Virus record (IMG/VR): IMGVR_UViG_3300036905_000054
Direction: 5' to 3' (one strand)
Length of the DNA: 41,680 nt
Origin: a virus
Shown one piece after another: positions 14,816 through 24,596 of this stretch (positions are counted from its first letter, which is position 1; each line of letters starts with the position of its first letter). A program made the position numbers and the translations under genes. The notes under the pieces were generated by a model. That model was given only the letters and a program-made list of their open reading frames with translations, was not told the origin of the DNA and did not search any database.

Positions 14816-14905
14816 TGGCGGAAGTGCCGAGGCTCGAACTCGGATAGCCCTTTCAGGCTTCGGCGGCTTAGCAAACCGCTGGTTTAACCATTCACCCACA
14901 CTTCC
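14816..14905 (-). tRNA. tRNA-Ser (GCU)
   Basis: RC: GGAAGTG..GCGGT TTGCTAA GCCGC CGAAGCCTGAAAGGGCTAT CCGAG TTCGAGC CTCGG CACTTCC G CCA. Confidence 0.8.
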
Positions 14906-14907
14906 TT

Positions 14908-14936
14908 AAAATAAAAAAGCCGCCTTAATCGGCGGC
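14908..14936 (-). terminator. intrinsic terminator (GCCGCCGATTAAGGCGGC + UUUUUUAUUUU) abutting tRNA-Ser(GCU)
   Basis: Plus strand reads aaaataaaaaa then gccgccttaatcggcggc. Confidence 0.65.
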
Positions 14937-14989
14937 TATCAGTGTTTCTTTAATTGCTTTACGCAAACACACCCCGTTGGAGCTACTAG

Positions 14990-15135
14990 TTGAACTTCTT
15001 TTTTAAATGCGGGTTCTCCCCCACATAAAGATTCTCAGGCTACGCTTGAATTTAATACTTCTACGTTAACGCCTGATGGCTCGTTCCGAACCAACTACTC
15101 TTTATATAATACTGATAGTTGGAAAATTTGTCAAG
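14990..15135 (-). repeat. copy 2 of the 145-bp promoter-leader repeat
   Basis: Matches 4369-4513. Confidence 0.9.
15106..15134 (-). promoter_or_regulatory. sigma70-like promoter TTGACA-17-TATTAT with flanking 7-bp inverted repeat (copy 2)
   Basis: Identical core to 4484-4512. Confidence 0.65.
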
Positions 15136-15142
15136 ACTTATT

Positions 15143-15445
15143 TTAACTGGACACAATTCCATACAACAAAAATCCAATTATGGTTTTGTCTTCCAAGCTG
15201 GCGCAAAGGGGAATGGCGAAAGCAGAACCCCATTTATCGTTATTTTCGATGTCTTCTTCCGCGAAAACCTCAGCGTCACCCATCAACATAGGCTCCTTCT
15301 TCCGAAGTTCAACACTGGGTTTTTCAGCGATAGTCCCGCTGTACCCGCCGTGTCCATGTTCCCAAGCGGCTTGATCTACTGCTTCACTGAACGCTTTGTT
15401 TAAATCGTTCCCGTTCACTTTAAACATAAAATCGCAACCACCCAT
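15143..15445 (-). CDS. hypothetical acidic protein
   Basis: 100 aa. Confidence 0.45.
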   Translation of the reverse strand: MGGCDFMFKVNGNDLNKAFSEAVDQAAWEHGHGGYSGTIAEKPSVELRKKEPMLMGDAEVFAEEDIENNDKWGSAFAIPLCASLEDKTIIGFLLYGIVSS

Positions 15446-15454
15446 AATTCCTCC

Positions 15455-16183
15455 TTAATTCCTGGTCAATTGGGTTTCTAATGCTATGATACGGTCTAAA
15501 ATCTCCTGTTTTTCAGCTAGTCGTATCTGCTCCTTCATCCGCTCAATTGCAGCCCTGTGGTCAGGCGTTTGAGTCTGTGGTGCTGGTTTGGGTGCATTAG
15601 CGGGGATGTGCTCTCCAATCGAATCTCTGTGTCGATAGATAAAAATGAACTTTTCTGACCATCTGCCGTGATTGAAATTTTTGCAGCATTCATAGCATGC
15701 GGTGGGGCTACTTTTAGTGGAACGACGATGATAATGAACCACCTTACCACAATTCGGGCAAGTAGCTGTCCAGTTGCCTTTGGGTGCTACAACAACAGCG
15801 CCATCGTAGCAGCGCTCCGGTTTAGCACCGGTAATAAGGCACTTTGCTTTCCAATCCGCCCCGTGGATGTCTCTACGCGATATGCTTCTGCGCCCGAAAT
15901 CACTGGAAAAAGGGTTTTTTGCGTGGAAAGTTAATTTATCTTCTGTTACCAGAGCATGGGCGATTTCGTGACGGATGGTATCTTCAACATCTATTTGGGA
16001 GTTGAGTTGAACAATATGACGGCTGAGAGTAATCAATTTTTTTCTAGTATGACAGCATCCGAAGCGACTTTTAGAATTATCAAACTCGAATCTCCAGCAG
16101 CGCGGGAAGAGATTGAATTCGTGCATCAGTTTCTTGGCAAGCACTTCTGCTACGCTGAGTTCCATTAGCGGTGTCCCCTCCAC
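15455..16183 (-). CDS. SprT-like Zn metalloprotease domain protein
   Basis: HEIAHAL (HExxH) followed by Cys clusters (CPNCG...CYEC). Confidence 0.65.
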   Translation of the reverse strand: MEGTPLMELSVAEVLAKKLMHEFNLFPRCWRFEFDNSKSRFGCCHTRKKLITLSRHIVQLNSQIDVEDTIRHEIAHALVTEDKLTFHAKNPFSSDFGRRSISRRDIHGADWKAKCLITGAKPERCYDGAVVVAPKGNWTATCPNCGKVVHYHRRSTKSSPTACYECCKNFNHGRWSEKFIFIYRHRDSIGEHIPANAPKPAPQTQTPDHRAAIERMKEQIRLAEKQEILDRIIALETQLTRN

Positions 16184-16249
16184 CTATAGTATACATTGAG
16201 AACACCTATTTTGTGTATTTTTAAACCTTTTAAAATCAACATATTGCAA

Positions 16250-16756
16250 CTATTTTCGCTTGGTTTTGGGCTTCGCTTTCATTTTTATCGGATATAGTCT
16301 GATCTTTTGCGAGACATAATTTTTAAGATCGCAAGAGTCTGACACACTACCATCAGTTCCAATAGTTGTGATATCCATTATCTCCACGGGAATAATTTTA
16401 CATGTACCATATGCATCATCCGAATTCTTGTTCCAAGAATTCAAAGCTTCTTGAGCTGCTTCCTTAGTGAAGTAAGTATGGAATCCTGTTTTATAAGTTT
16501 TCCAACCACCTACGAAGAGCGTAGCCTCGTCGCCGCCGGTTCCGGCGCGAATTTCGAGGACGACGGTCAAGCCTTTTTCATCCCACTCCCAAGAAGCGAT
16601 TCTATCACCTGGCGTATCTGTTTGCCAGGTGATCGTTATAGAATTGTTCTTAAAACAGGAGAGTGCTTTCTTACCCCGTAAGACAATCTTCCAAGCTTTT
16701 ATAGGACCTGGGATTGGCTGATCTTCATGATTTTCAAGTATGCGAGCGAGACACAT
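16250..16756 (-). CDS. member of a 4-copy paralog family (MCL...AWKIV...IPVEI.DIT..G.DG...NYV.QKIRL.P + Lys tail)
   Basis: 168 aa; paralogs at 16760-17182, 38381-38815 and the remnant at 37084-37325. Confidence 0.6.
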   Translation of the reverse strand: MCLARILENHEDQPIPGPIKAWKIVLRGKKALSCFKNNSITITWQTDTPGDRIASWEWDEKGLTVVLEIRAGTGGDEATLFVGGWKTYKTGFHTYFTKEAAQEALNSWNKNSDDAYGTCKIIPVEIMDITTIGTDGSVSDSCDLKNYVSQKIRLYPIKMKAKPKTKRK

Positions 16757-16759
16757 AAC

Positions 16760-17182
16760 TTATCCTCTCTTCAGTTTATTTTTCTTTTTCTTTGCTGGTT
16801 GGGGCATCAATCGAATTTTTTGAGCAACATAGTTTTTTAGCATCGCTTGCTTAATTTCGTAAGTTGTGCCATCAATGCCGGTAGTTGTAATTTCATCGAT
16901 TTGAACTGGGATCACTTTTTTTGTTTTCATATACATATACAATACACGCGCCTTTGCAGCATCTTGTTGTGTAGTATAACAGTGAAACCCACTTTTGTAG
17001 CGAGTGCAGCAACTATCATTTGCGGCCAGGTAGCCTTTCCAAGCAGACTTCCATTTTTTAGTTATGCGGAACTGTTGAAACGGGGTAAAAACTTTACCCG
17101 ATATTACTTCAACTATCTTCCAAGCGATAATAGGTCCCTTGATTGGGTTACGATGATTTTTTGTAACGCTTAGTAAACACAT
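16760..17182 (-). CDS. paralog family member
   Basis: 140 aa, tandem to 16250-16756. Confidence 0.6.
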   Translation of the reverse strand: MCLLSVTKNHRNPIKGPIIAWKIVEVISGKVFTPFQQFRITKKWKSAWKGYLAANDSCCTRYKSGFHCYTTQQDAAKARVLYMYMKTKKVIPVQIDEITTTGIDGTTYEIKQAMLKNYVAQKIRLMPQPAKKKKNKLKRG

Positions 17183-17191
17183 AAATTTTCC

Positions 17192-17467
17192 TTATTCGTG
17201 ACTTGAGTCTCCGTTGTCAGATTGCATCTGGTTAATTGCTTTTTCATACTCTTCAGTAGCTACTTTTTCTACCCAACAGCGTAGGCAGTCTAAATCGAAC
17301 ACTTTACTTCCAAATATCGTTGTTTTGTGGTTTTCATCATGAATCGGCCAGGTAGCTAAAGGCTCATGCCAACGATTCCTGGCGATGATTTCCAAACTCA
17401 TGTTATTCTCTCCCAAAATACTTTGCGTTGATAGCGGTAAAATGCTTCCATTGTTCGGGTAAATCAT
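17192..17467 (-). CDS. hypothetical protein (start probably the internal Met near 17401)
   Basis: The 91-aa frame overlaps the ferredoxin gene by 65 nt. Confidence 0.4.
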   Translation of the reverse strand: MIYPNNGSILPLSTQSILGENNMSLEIIARNRWHEPLATWPIHDENHKTTIFGSKVFDLDCLRCWVEKVATEEYEKAINQMQSDNGDSSHE

Positions 17468-17666
17468 CTACTGGAAAGATAGCGGATACAGGACACACAG
17501 GAACACACGCTCCGCAGTCAATACACTCCACAGGATCAATGTAAAGTTGGGGATTCTGATCAAACTCAGGAGTCCCCTTCTTGGGGTGTATGCAGTCTAC
17601 AGGGCAAGAGTCCACGCATGCGGTATCCTTTACCCCTATGCATGGCTCAGCAATTACATATGCCAT
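17403..17666 (-). CDS. 7Fe-type ferredoxin (two Cys clusters)
   Basis: CIGVKDTACVDSCPVDC and CIDCGACVPVCP. Confidence 0.75.
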   Translation of the reverse strand: MAYVIAEPCIGVKDTACVDSCPVDCIHPKKGTPEFDQNPQLYIDPVECIDCGACVPVCPVSAIFPVDDLPEQWKHFTAINAKYFGRE

Positions 17667-17745
17667 GACTTACTTCTCCTCTTGGGTTTTACTGACTTTT
17701 TAGATGCCATTTTATTTACTCCTGTTTTAGTATACCACAAAAATT

Positions 17746-18612
17746 TCACAGTGTGTAGAAATCGTTTTTTACCTCTTTAATAAAATCTGTCAAAGCGGGG
17801 CGCAATGCCGCCATATTTTGCCATTGTTCCCAGCACAATCCCCGTTCAATCAAATCATATGTCTTTACTATGCTAGAAGATTTATCCCCACCTGGGGTCC
17901 ACCCCAAAGCCCAAATATGGTCACACACTGATGCCGCTGCTGTTACATCGTGGGTTACAACTATCACACAGTTTAAATCATCCATATTGGCTATCTTCAT
18001 GATCAGTTGTAACATCTTATCTTCCATGATAATATCGAGACCTGAAAAAGGTTCGTCCATAAGTAAGAAATATGATGATGATAAAATTTGCTGGATTATT
18101 GCTACTCTTTGTTTTTGCCCCCCTGATAATTGAGCAGGGTACAAATTTATTTTATCTGCAATGCCGAATTCATTAAGAAAGGTCATGATTTTTTCATGAG
18201 CGGTTTTTGCATCTTTTTCTTTTTTCTCTGCCGCCAACGTTAAATTACCCATAACTGTGCGATGCGCAAACAACGGATAATCTTGTGCTACTACTCCTAC
18301 CTCTCCGGCGACCACGGGAACCGCTTTCCCGTTTATCAAAACTTGTCCGGATGTGGGTTTATTAAGACCTGAAATAATACGAAATAGCTGTGTTTTTCCC
18401 CGTCCGGAAGGCCCCAATAACCCTACCATCTGCCCTTGAATTTGATTAGGGCGTTTGATCTTCTTGATTTCTGCACAGACATCCGTCAAAATAGCGCGGC
18501 TTCCAGGCATAGGCTTCGTTAGCAGGGAATTCCCATCCGCGGACGCGCTTAGGTACACATGATCAATCTTTAGGAGAGTATCACCGTAACTGTATGGATA
18601 AAGTGCGCTCAT
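17746..18612 (-). CDS. ABC transporter ATP-binding protein
   Basis: Walker A GPSGRGKT, signature LSGGQKQR, Walker B LLMDEPFSGLD, H-loop VTHD. Confidence 0.8.
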   Translation of the reverse strand: MSALYPYSYGDTLLKIDHVYLSASADGNSLLTKPMPGSRAILTDVCAEIKKIKRPNQIQGQMVGLLGPSGRGKTQLFRIISGLNKPTSGQVLINGKAVPVVAGEVGVVAQDYPLFAHRTVMGNLTLAAEKKEKDAKTAHEKIMTFLNEFGIADKINLYPAQLSGGQKQRVAIIQQILSSSYFLLMDEPFSGLDIIMEDKMLQLIMKIANMDDLNCVIVVTHDVTAAASVCDHIWALGWTPGGDKSSSIVKTYDLIERGLCWEQWQNMAALRPALTDFIKEVKNDFYTL

Positions 18613-19007
18613 TTATTTTTTCCTTTTACATCCGGCTTAACAGGAACCGGAGGATCTATTTCCTTTCCATTTCTTGCTTTCCATTTCTTAAGCCATGCGT
18701 CGTCAACAGTCCAGCTTGTTCTTTGTCCGCGAACTGTTTTGTATTGAATCAAAATCTCCTTTACTAGTTCAGTCCTTATCTCTATTGTTGGGTTATCACC
18801 AAGAGAGATGCCCCGATAAACATAGTAGCCATATCTGTTAAGATCATCCCATAGATGAACCTGCGGATGATCTTTGGGACTTATCCAAATTTTGATTCCA
18901 TCTTCTTTGAGAACAACCTTACCGTTCTTGTATGTCTTTATTGTCATCTGTTCTCCTTCTAATTTGCTCTTTCTCTCCTTTCTTAGATTTAAGCCATGCG
19001 TCGTCAT
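18609..19007 (-). CDS. hypothetical basic protein
   Basis: 132 aa, overlaps the start of the ABC ATPase gene by 4 nt. Confidence 0.45.
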   Translation of the reverse strand: MTTHGLNLRKERKSKLEGEQMTIKTYKNGKVVLKEDGIKIWISPKDHPQVHLWDDLNRYGYYVYRGISLGDNPTIEIRTELVKEILIQYKTVRGQRTSWTVDDAWLKKWKARNGKEIDPPVPVKPDVKGKNK

Positions 19008-19254
19008 ATGGTGATTTTGATTCTACGAGTTGATCCATGGCCCAGTCGCCCTTTAACTCGACAATCTTCACAGCGCCACAAATCTTACACCGATGAAGAA
19101 CTTCGGTATCAACTTGATCTTTACCCACGCAAAACGCGCCCACAATCTCCCACTCATGTGGGTGCCATTTCGATGCGATTTTGATAAAATACATCAAACA
19201 GAAACCCCCAGCAATAATTACGAATAATTCACAAAATAACCTGAGTGTATTCAT
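18919..19254 (-). CDS. hypothetical membrane protein with CxxC
   Basis: 111 aa with an N-terminal TM helix. Confidence 0.4.
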   Translation of the reverse strand: MNTLRLFCELFVIIAGGFCLMYFIKIASKWHPHEWEIVGAFCVGKDQVDTEVLHRCKICGAVKIVELKGDWAMDQLVESKSPYDDAWLKSKKGEKEQIRRRTDDNKDIQER

Positions 19255-19547
19255 CGTGATTTTAGGCGCGGAAACCCAGCAGTTATGCTGGGAGGAGCGC
19301 CGTCCTCCATGTGTTGAAACTCAGAAATGTGCAATCGTCTGGCTTGAAACTTTGTCCCCATCTCTTGCCTCTTCGACGGTTGCCTGCACAGAGGCTTGAG
19401 ACTAGAGAAGCATCCCAAACATGCTCTGAGGAACCACCCTCAGCAGGCTAACTTTGCGGCTATACAAGCCCTACTTGTCTAGTACATAGGTTTAACTTGC
19501 TTCCACCTGTTGGTCAGGCTTCCCCAAGCCCAGACTTTAGTCTGGGT
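19255..19547. other. 290-bp non-coding structured spacer (nested hairpins)
   Basis: GGCGCggaaaCCCAGCAgttaTGCTGGGaggaGCGCC, CTGAGGgtggttCCTCAG and CCCAGACTttaAGTCTGGG. No ORF and no recognisable RNA family. Confidence 0.25.
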
Positions 19548-20420
19548 CTATGACTTTCTCTCCGATCCAATTTTAGCATACGGGCAGAACATATTTTTAG
19601 CCACACCGATGAGGTAATCCTGCCCCAACCCCGTCAGCAAAATTGTTATTTGAATTGCAAGAACAGCGTCCAAATAGAAATGCTTATTCGCAGTGGCTAA
19701 CATGGCTCCGATGCCTCCCTCTGACCTCACCATGGATTCTATCATACTGAGCATCATCCAGCCAATAGCGGCGTTCTGACGCAGTACATCAAAGGCTTTA
19801 TCTATCTGCCCCAGTACGACAACTTCCCACATCGTACGCCAAGAGCCCATACGCAGCGTACGAGCTAGATCATACTGCTCTTTAGGGATAGATGCTACAA
19901 CATCTGCCATACCTGTGACATAAAAAACACTAACGCTAAAAACTAGCAGGGAGATTTTCAATTGATGCTGATTGTGGGCGGCAACTGTAAAAAAGAAACT
20001 CAACCCTACCATAGACATATAGCGGAATTTGCTCAACACCCCTACTATAGGACGCAGCCCTTCCAAGACTGTGAGGTACGCCAACCCCAGGGAAATGAGC
20101 GTGGCGATTGTCAACGCTTCTAAGTTGGCGAAGAGGCTTATACACAATTCGCCCATCAACCCCTGCCCCCATTGCTCTTTAAATGCCTCCCAAGTAGCGC
20201 CAATGGTAGGCAATAGGACAAACGGAGAGAACGCCCAAAGTAAGAAGAACATAATAACATAACCCGTCACCAGATAGGTAACCGTGGTTTTGCTAATTGC
20301 CCGATTGGGGATAAACGCTGATAGAATCTCGTTCATATATTTAAGATGCGAATAAAAAGAATTAGGGTCAGAATTTCTTCTGACCCTAAGTAGGTCTACT
20401 CCCACTCCCACCACCCACAT
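19548..20420 (-). CDS. ABC transporter permease
   Basis: Multi-TM with an EAA-like loop (DLARTLRMGSWRTMWEVVVLGQ). The start may be the internal Met at ~20336. Confidence 0.7.
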   Translation of the reverse strand: MWVVGVGVDLLRVRRNSDPNSFYSHLKYMNEILSAFIPNRAISKTTVTYLVTGYVIMFFLLWAFSPFVLLPTIGATWEAFKEQWGQGLMGELCISLFANLEALTIATLISLGLAYLTVLEGLRPIVGVLSKFRYMSMVGLSFFFTVAAHNQHQLKISLLVFSVSVFYVTGMADVVASIPKEQYDLARTLRMGSWRTMWEVVVLGQIDKAFDVLRQNAAIGWMMLSMIESMVRSEGGIGAMLATANKHFYLDAVLAIQITILLTGLGQDYLIGVAKNMFCPYAKIGSERKS

Positions 20421-20441
20421 ATTTTCAGTTGTGGGACTGTT

Positions 20442-22373
20442 TTACTTGCCTAGCAGGGTAATCGTAACCCTACGATTTTGAGCCTTCCCTTCGGCTGTAG
20501 CGTTAGAAGCTACGGGGTCTTGAGAACCGTGACCCGTGGCTTTGAAACGCTTTGCCGGGAAGTTTGTCGGCCAGTTTGTGTGCAGGTATGTAACCACAGC
20601 GGCCGCACGTCCCTTTGATAGTTCAAGGTTGTGATCTTCATTGCCTGTGCTGTCTGTATAGCCATCGACCTGAATAAACGCTCCGGTGATTGCCCAGCCA
20701 TCCTTCAATTGCTTCAACTGTGCCTCACCAGCCTCGGTAAGTTTCGCTTCATTCGTCTTGAAGTTGATATCATAGGCACGCTGACCAATGACACTTCCCG
20801 TAGCTTGCTGTTCATACGCTGGTTCCGCTGCTTCGGAGCCGGTGTTGTTATCCCCGCTGAGTATATCCTTCGCTCCCTGGATGAAAGACTTATCTTCCAC
20901 AAGCTTCACATCAGGAATTGGAGTCTCTTTGAACAAAGTTGGGTATTGCTGTACATCAATGTTCGCAAAGAGCGTATAAGTTGAGCGGAAGTTGTCATTC
21001 CCCTTATCCTTCATACCAAACAAGATAAGGTTATCATCCAAGTTGTTCACAGACGAACCGCCTAGTTCGACTATCTGCCCCGTGGTGGGATCCTTGTACG
21101 GAACACCCTTGTAATAACGGTACCAGTAGTCTCCGTTTTCGTTTGGAGCATCACCCTTATCGTCATAAACATCGGATGAAATAGCTGCCGCCTTGTGCAG
21201 AGCCAAGTCAAACGCCTTCACTTGGTCGCCACCTTCGAAAGTAGCAGCGAGCATGTTAGTGATTTCTTCCCGATTGTCTTGGAAATACTTTGCCGGACCA
21301 ATAATCACAGCGGGCATCTGACTGCGATTTTGTTTGGAAGAAACAACCTTCACTACGCCGCCCTTCTTCGTCACGGCTACAACATCTCCGGGTGTCCAAG
21401 TCACAAGGGAGTTTACACAGACATGCACCATATCCCCTGTAGGACGCCCCGCATGCACGAGTTTACGATCTTCGCACTTACCGGCGACATAATCTGTAGC
21501 GGCGGTGTTGTAATCCGGAGCATTGATCCAGTTAACTGCATCTGGATCGAAAGTCTTTTCGTCCGGGTTATTGGGGATGGCGTTATCACCAGCCCACTTT
21601 AAGGCGATGTTCCAATCACCATCACGAAGAACGCCTTCAACCAATAGGCCAGTAATTTCCTGACCCTTGGAATCTTGCGACCCAGGCATAGGGGATTGAT
21701 TGAAAGACTTGGAATCTTTCTTTACATTCGGAGGGGCCAAAAAGGCATCTTCTCCGCGGCTATATCCAGTTGCGGCGATAACCTTGAGCGTATACTTCGA
21801 AACGCAGCCCTTTGGCTTTCCCTTGCAGTCCAAGTCATAAAGCTTTGGATTGGTAGCAGCTGCAAATTGCCCCGCACCGTCGCCCATGATAATAACATAG
21901 TTCGCTCCGGTGGAACAATCCGTAGACCCCCCCGCTAGCTGGCTGGCACAAGCGATCAAATCCAATTGCATTTGATCGGTGAGATCTTGCCTCTTAAGTG
22001 TCAGATTAACATTACGCTTTGCCATCAGGGAACCAGCGGTTGTATGTTTACCGCCGTTTGCCAATAGATGACCTAACATAGCATTCCATTCCCAAACTTC
22101 TCCGATGATAGGCGTATTAGAAACGGTTGCCGGTGTGCTTTGTGGTAGGGGTGCCGGTACAACATTCGCAACCTGTGCATCTTTCACTTCTGGAAGTGAA
22201 ATGTGGGATGGGACAATCGCCTTCATGATGTTGGGAGTTGGCATCCAGCCCCGTTCCATCGCTGTCTTACCTAAGAAACAGAGTCCTACAACTCCAACAA
22301 TAACCAAAAGAACCTTCGCTTGTGGGGTAACATGTCCAGCCATAAATTTTTCTCCTCGTAAATTAAGATGCAA
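20442..22373 (-). CDS. large envelope protein: N-terminal TM anchor, periplasmic domain and C-terminal OmpA-like peptidoglycan-binding domain
   Basis: The C-terminus (GYTDSTGNEDHNLELSKGRAAAVVTYL) matches the OmpA_C motif. Calling the middle region a substrate-binding domain is a guess. Confidence 0.65.
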   Translation of the reverse strand: MHLNLRGEKFMAGHVTPQAKVLLVIVGVVGLCFLGKTAMERGWMPTPNIMKAIVPSHISLPEVKDAQVANVVPAPLPQSTPATVSNTPIIGEVWEWNAMLGHLLANGGKHTTAGSLMAKRNVNLTLKRQDLTDQMQLDLIACASQLAGGSTDCSTGANYVIIMGDGAGQFAAATNPKLYDLDCKGKPKGCVSKYTLKVIAATGYSRGEDAFLAPPNVKKDSKSFNQSPMPGSQDSKGQEITGLLVEGVLRDGDWNIALKWAGDNAIPNNPDEKTFDPDAVNWINAPDYNTAATDYVAGKCEDRKLVHAGRPTGDMVHVCVNSLVTWTPGDVVAVTKKGGVVKVVSSKQNRSQMPAVIIGPAKYFQDNREEITNMLAATFEGGDQVKAFDLALHKAAAISSDVYDDKGDAPNENGDYWYRYYKGVPYKDPTTGQIVELGGSSVNNLDDNLILFGMKDKGNDNFRSTYTLFANIDVQQYPTLFKETPIPDVKLVEDKSFIQGAKDILSGDNNTGSEAAEPAYEQQATGSVIGQRAYDINFKTNEAKLTEAGEAQLKQLKDGWAITGAFIQVDGYTDSTGNEDHNLELSKGRAAAVVTYLHTNWPTNFPAKRFKATGHGSQDPVASNATAEGKAQNRRVTITLLGK

Positions 22374-22392
22374 ACATTTAACAAATTAAATT

Positions 22393-23487
22393 TTATTTGT
22401 TAAACAAATCGTTGTAATCAGAGCCCGTTGTTCCGTTAGCTCCTACCCCAACACCGCGACCAAGGATCGGAGAATTTGGGAGTGTGGGTGATGGTGCTGC
22501 ATTAATAGCCGCCTGTAAAGCATCCGCCGCCGTGGGGCGACTCGCGTCTGCATCCAACTTTGCGCCAAATTCTGTAAATTTCTCCTTAGCCCTAGTAGCA
22601 TTGGCATCATTTTCAACATCGAAATCTGTAAGCATTTTTTCAGAGAAACGGTTAAAATCTTCAATTTCGCCTACAGTTCGTGCAGCATCATCGGCCATAA
22701 ATTCAATTGCACTGTTTACCAGCTTCAACTGTTCTGGGTCTCCCTTAAGAATTCGGTCGGCAAATTTGAGCGCTTTCTGAGCATCCAGAATAGTTTCTCG
22801 TTGATCAGACCAGTAACTTACTTGGAAATCTGTTCGCTCAATCTTAGCATCAGTTGCCACTTCCCAGCGTCGAAATTTATCCAAGAGACTTTTAGTTTGC
22901 ACTTCCAATTGGGACAACTGGTCAACTCCAGACATTAGGAATCCGGCTTTCTGCTGATTAGTAGTCGTCTTCATTTTGAAGCGATCAGCATCTAGTTGAG
23001 TTTTAGCTGCTGCTGCCATACGCTCAGCAGATTGGGCTTCTGCCATCAACTGCTTAATTGCCTCTTTGCGGTCGGATATCTTTCTAAGTAGTTTGCTATC
23101 ACTGCCAGCCATCCGGCGAATTGTGGCACTTAATTTTTCTTTGCCCTTTTTCATATCATCGAGATTATTTTTTAAAATTCCGATGGGGTCAATTGTTACC
23201 AGGATACCGGCTACCCCACGACAAAAAGATTGGAACATGTTCTTGACAACACACTGAACTGTAGGGTTCAGAGCGAGCATTATCATCCCGATCAAAACTG
23301 CACCGAGTACACCCAGATATATCATGTTTGTAAAGGCGATTAGCAGGAAAGGGAGAGCTTGAAAAAACCCGTAAATACCAACCGCGGCTAGAGCGAGTAA
23401 AACGGGTATTCCAAACCATTTACCCTCTGGCCGACTGAAGAAAGACTTCGGGGAGAAATTGCTTAGATTCAAAGGTGTTGTGCTCAT
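22393..23487 (-). CDS. membrane-anchored coiled-coil protein
   Basis: 364 aa; N-terminal TM helices, then a long helical region. Confidence 0.55.
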   Translation of the reverse strand: MSTTPLNLSNFSPKSFFSRPEGKWFGIPVLLALAAVGIYGFFQALPFLLIAFTNMIYLGVLGAVLIGMIMLALNPTVQCVVKNMFQSFCRGVAGILVTIDPIGILKNNLDDMKKGKEKLSATIRRMAGSDSKLLRKISDRKEAIKQLMAEAQSAERMAAAAKTQLDADRFKMKTTTNQQKAGFLMSGVDQLSQLEVQTKSLLDKFRRWEVATDAKIERTDFQVSYWSDQRETILDAQKALKFADRILKGDPEQLKLVNSAIEFMADDAARTVGEIEDFNRFSEKMLTDFDVENDANATRAKEKFTEFGAKLDADASRPTAADALQAAINAAPSPTLPNSPILGRGVGVGANGTTGSDYNDLFNK

Positions 23488-23523
23488 ATATGTTTCGCTC
23501 CGTGGTTGGATTTTATTCCTGAT

Positions 23524-24177
23524 CTAGTGCGATAGCAGGGCCGCAAATTCCGCCTTCTGTTGATCAATTTCTGTCGCTCGGCGTTGTTGTGCCAAGGCGT
23601 ATTGCGTTGTACCAGCAACGTGTTTATTCTGTTCATCCGCTAACTCAGCGGCGAGCTGGGTATGTTGAGTTTCCAGGGCGGTAATTTGATCAGTGATTTG
23701 CTGTATTTTTGTCTGCCGGGATGTAATTTGAGTTTTTTCTCGTTCCTCGGCAAACTTAGCGAAATTATTCGCATCTGCTGCCAGAGCGGTTTTCAAGCCA
23801 TCAAATGTGGCGAGGATTTTATCTGCCGTCAGACCGTCAAGCTTGGCGGCTTGCGCTATTGCCATCTTGAACTTAGTTTTAATGTCCATCGGCATACCTT
23901 CCATAGCGTCATAATACTTATGAATGGAGATACAAGCCGGTGTGGTTTCAAAGTTTGTTTTAGCGAGTACTTTCTGGTATACGCCCTCGTCTAGAGCCAC
24001 GGAACCAGGTACCAAAAATGGAGATGGTGCTGCTGTAGGTGCAGTACCTGAATTACCTAAACCCGGAAAAGTAAAACTTGGAGTTGCACCTTTAGCTGGG
24101 GCAGCAGTTGAAAGTTTTTCATCTCCGGGTACCCATACCGCATGTGCCGCACTTTCCAACATTTCTTTAATTGACAT
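23524..24177 (-). CDS. hypothetical protein (Pro/Ala-rich N-terminus, coiled-coil C-terminus)
   Basis: 217 aa. Confidence 0.5.
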   Translation of the reverse strand: MSIKEMLESAAHAVWVPGDEKLSTAAPAKGATPSFTFPGLGNSGTAPTAAPSPFLVPGSVALDEGVYQKVLAKTNFETTPACISIHKYYDAMEGMPMDIKTKFKMAIAQAAKLDGLTADKILATFDGLKTALAADANNFAKFAEEREKTQITSRQTKIQQITDQITALETQHTQLAAELADEQNKHVAGTTQYALAQQRRATEIDQQKAEFAALLSH

Positions 24178-24371
24178 AAATCATCTCCATTGTGTATGAT
24201 GTGGGTTTTTGCCGTATTGAACAAAATATTTTTTGAGTGTTGTTCCAGCGATTCTTTCGCTAATTTCGCCGCCAAGATTTTCTGTTGAGGCGTCATTGTG
24301 GATTCAGCGCTCATCTCCCTGACCCTCCAATTTTCGTCCGCTCCTTTACGGAGTCCACCCAGAATTTCCAC
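24057..24371 (-). CDS. doubtful ORF overlapping 23524-24177
   Basis: 104 aa in another frame, overlapping by 120 nt. Confidence 0.2.
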   Translation of the reverse strand: MEILGGLRKGADENWRVREMSAESTMTPQQKILAAKLAKESLEQHSKNILFNTAKTHIIHNGDDLCQLKKCWKVRHMRYGYPEMKNFQLLPQLKVQLQVLLFRV

Positions 24372-24596
24372 AGCAGGTCGAGCAGCGGCTCTCCATTAAC
24401 CGTATCTTCGGCATGGTGGCCGTGCCTCAGCAACCAATCCTGAATCGACTCAATCTTCTGCGTCATGCTCTCCCCTCCGCTAAAACTCTTGTGCGGGCCG
24501 GATTGGAACCGATTAGCGTAAGGATTCGTAACCTAAACCTTACCCCTTCATCCGGAGCGACCTAAATCGTTCCGCGTTAACGCCGCACCTAAAAGT

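Noticed and set aside
24470-24560. tRNA-like stretch (gcgggccggattggaaccg...ccggagcgacc).
   Set aside because: It has a pseudo T-loop-like UUCCAAU but no matching acceptor pairing and no anticodon arm; it is left as intergenic.
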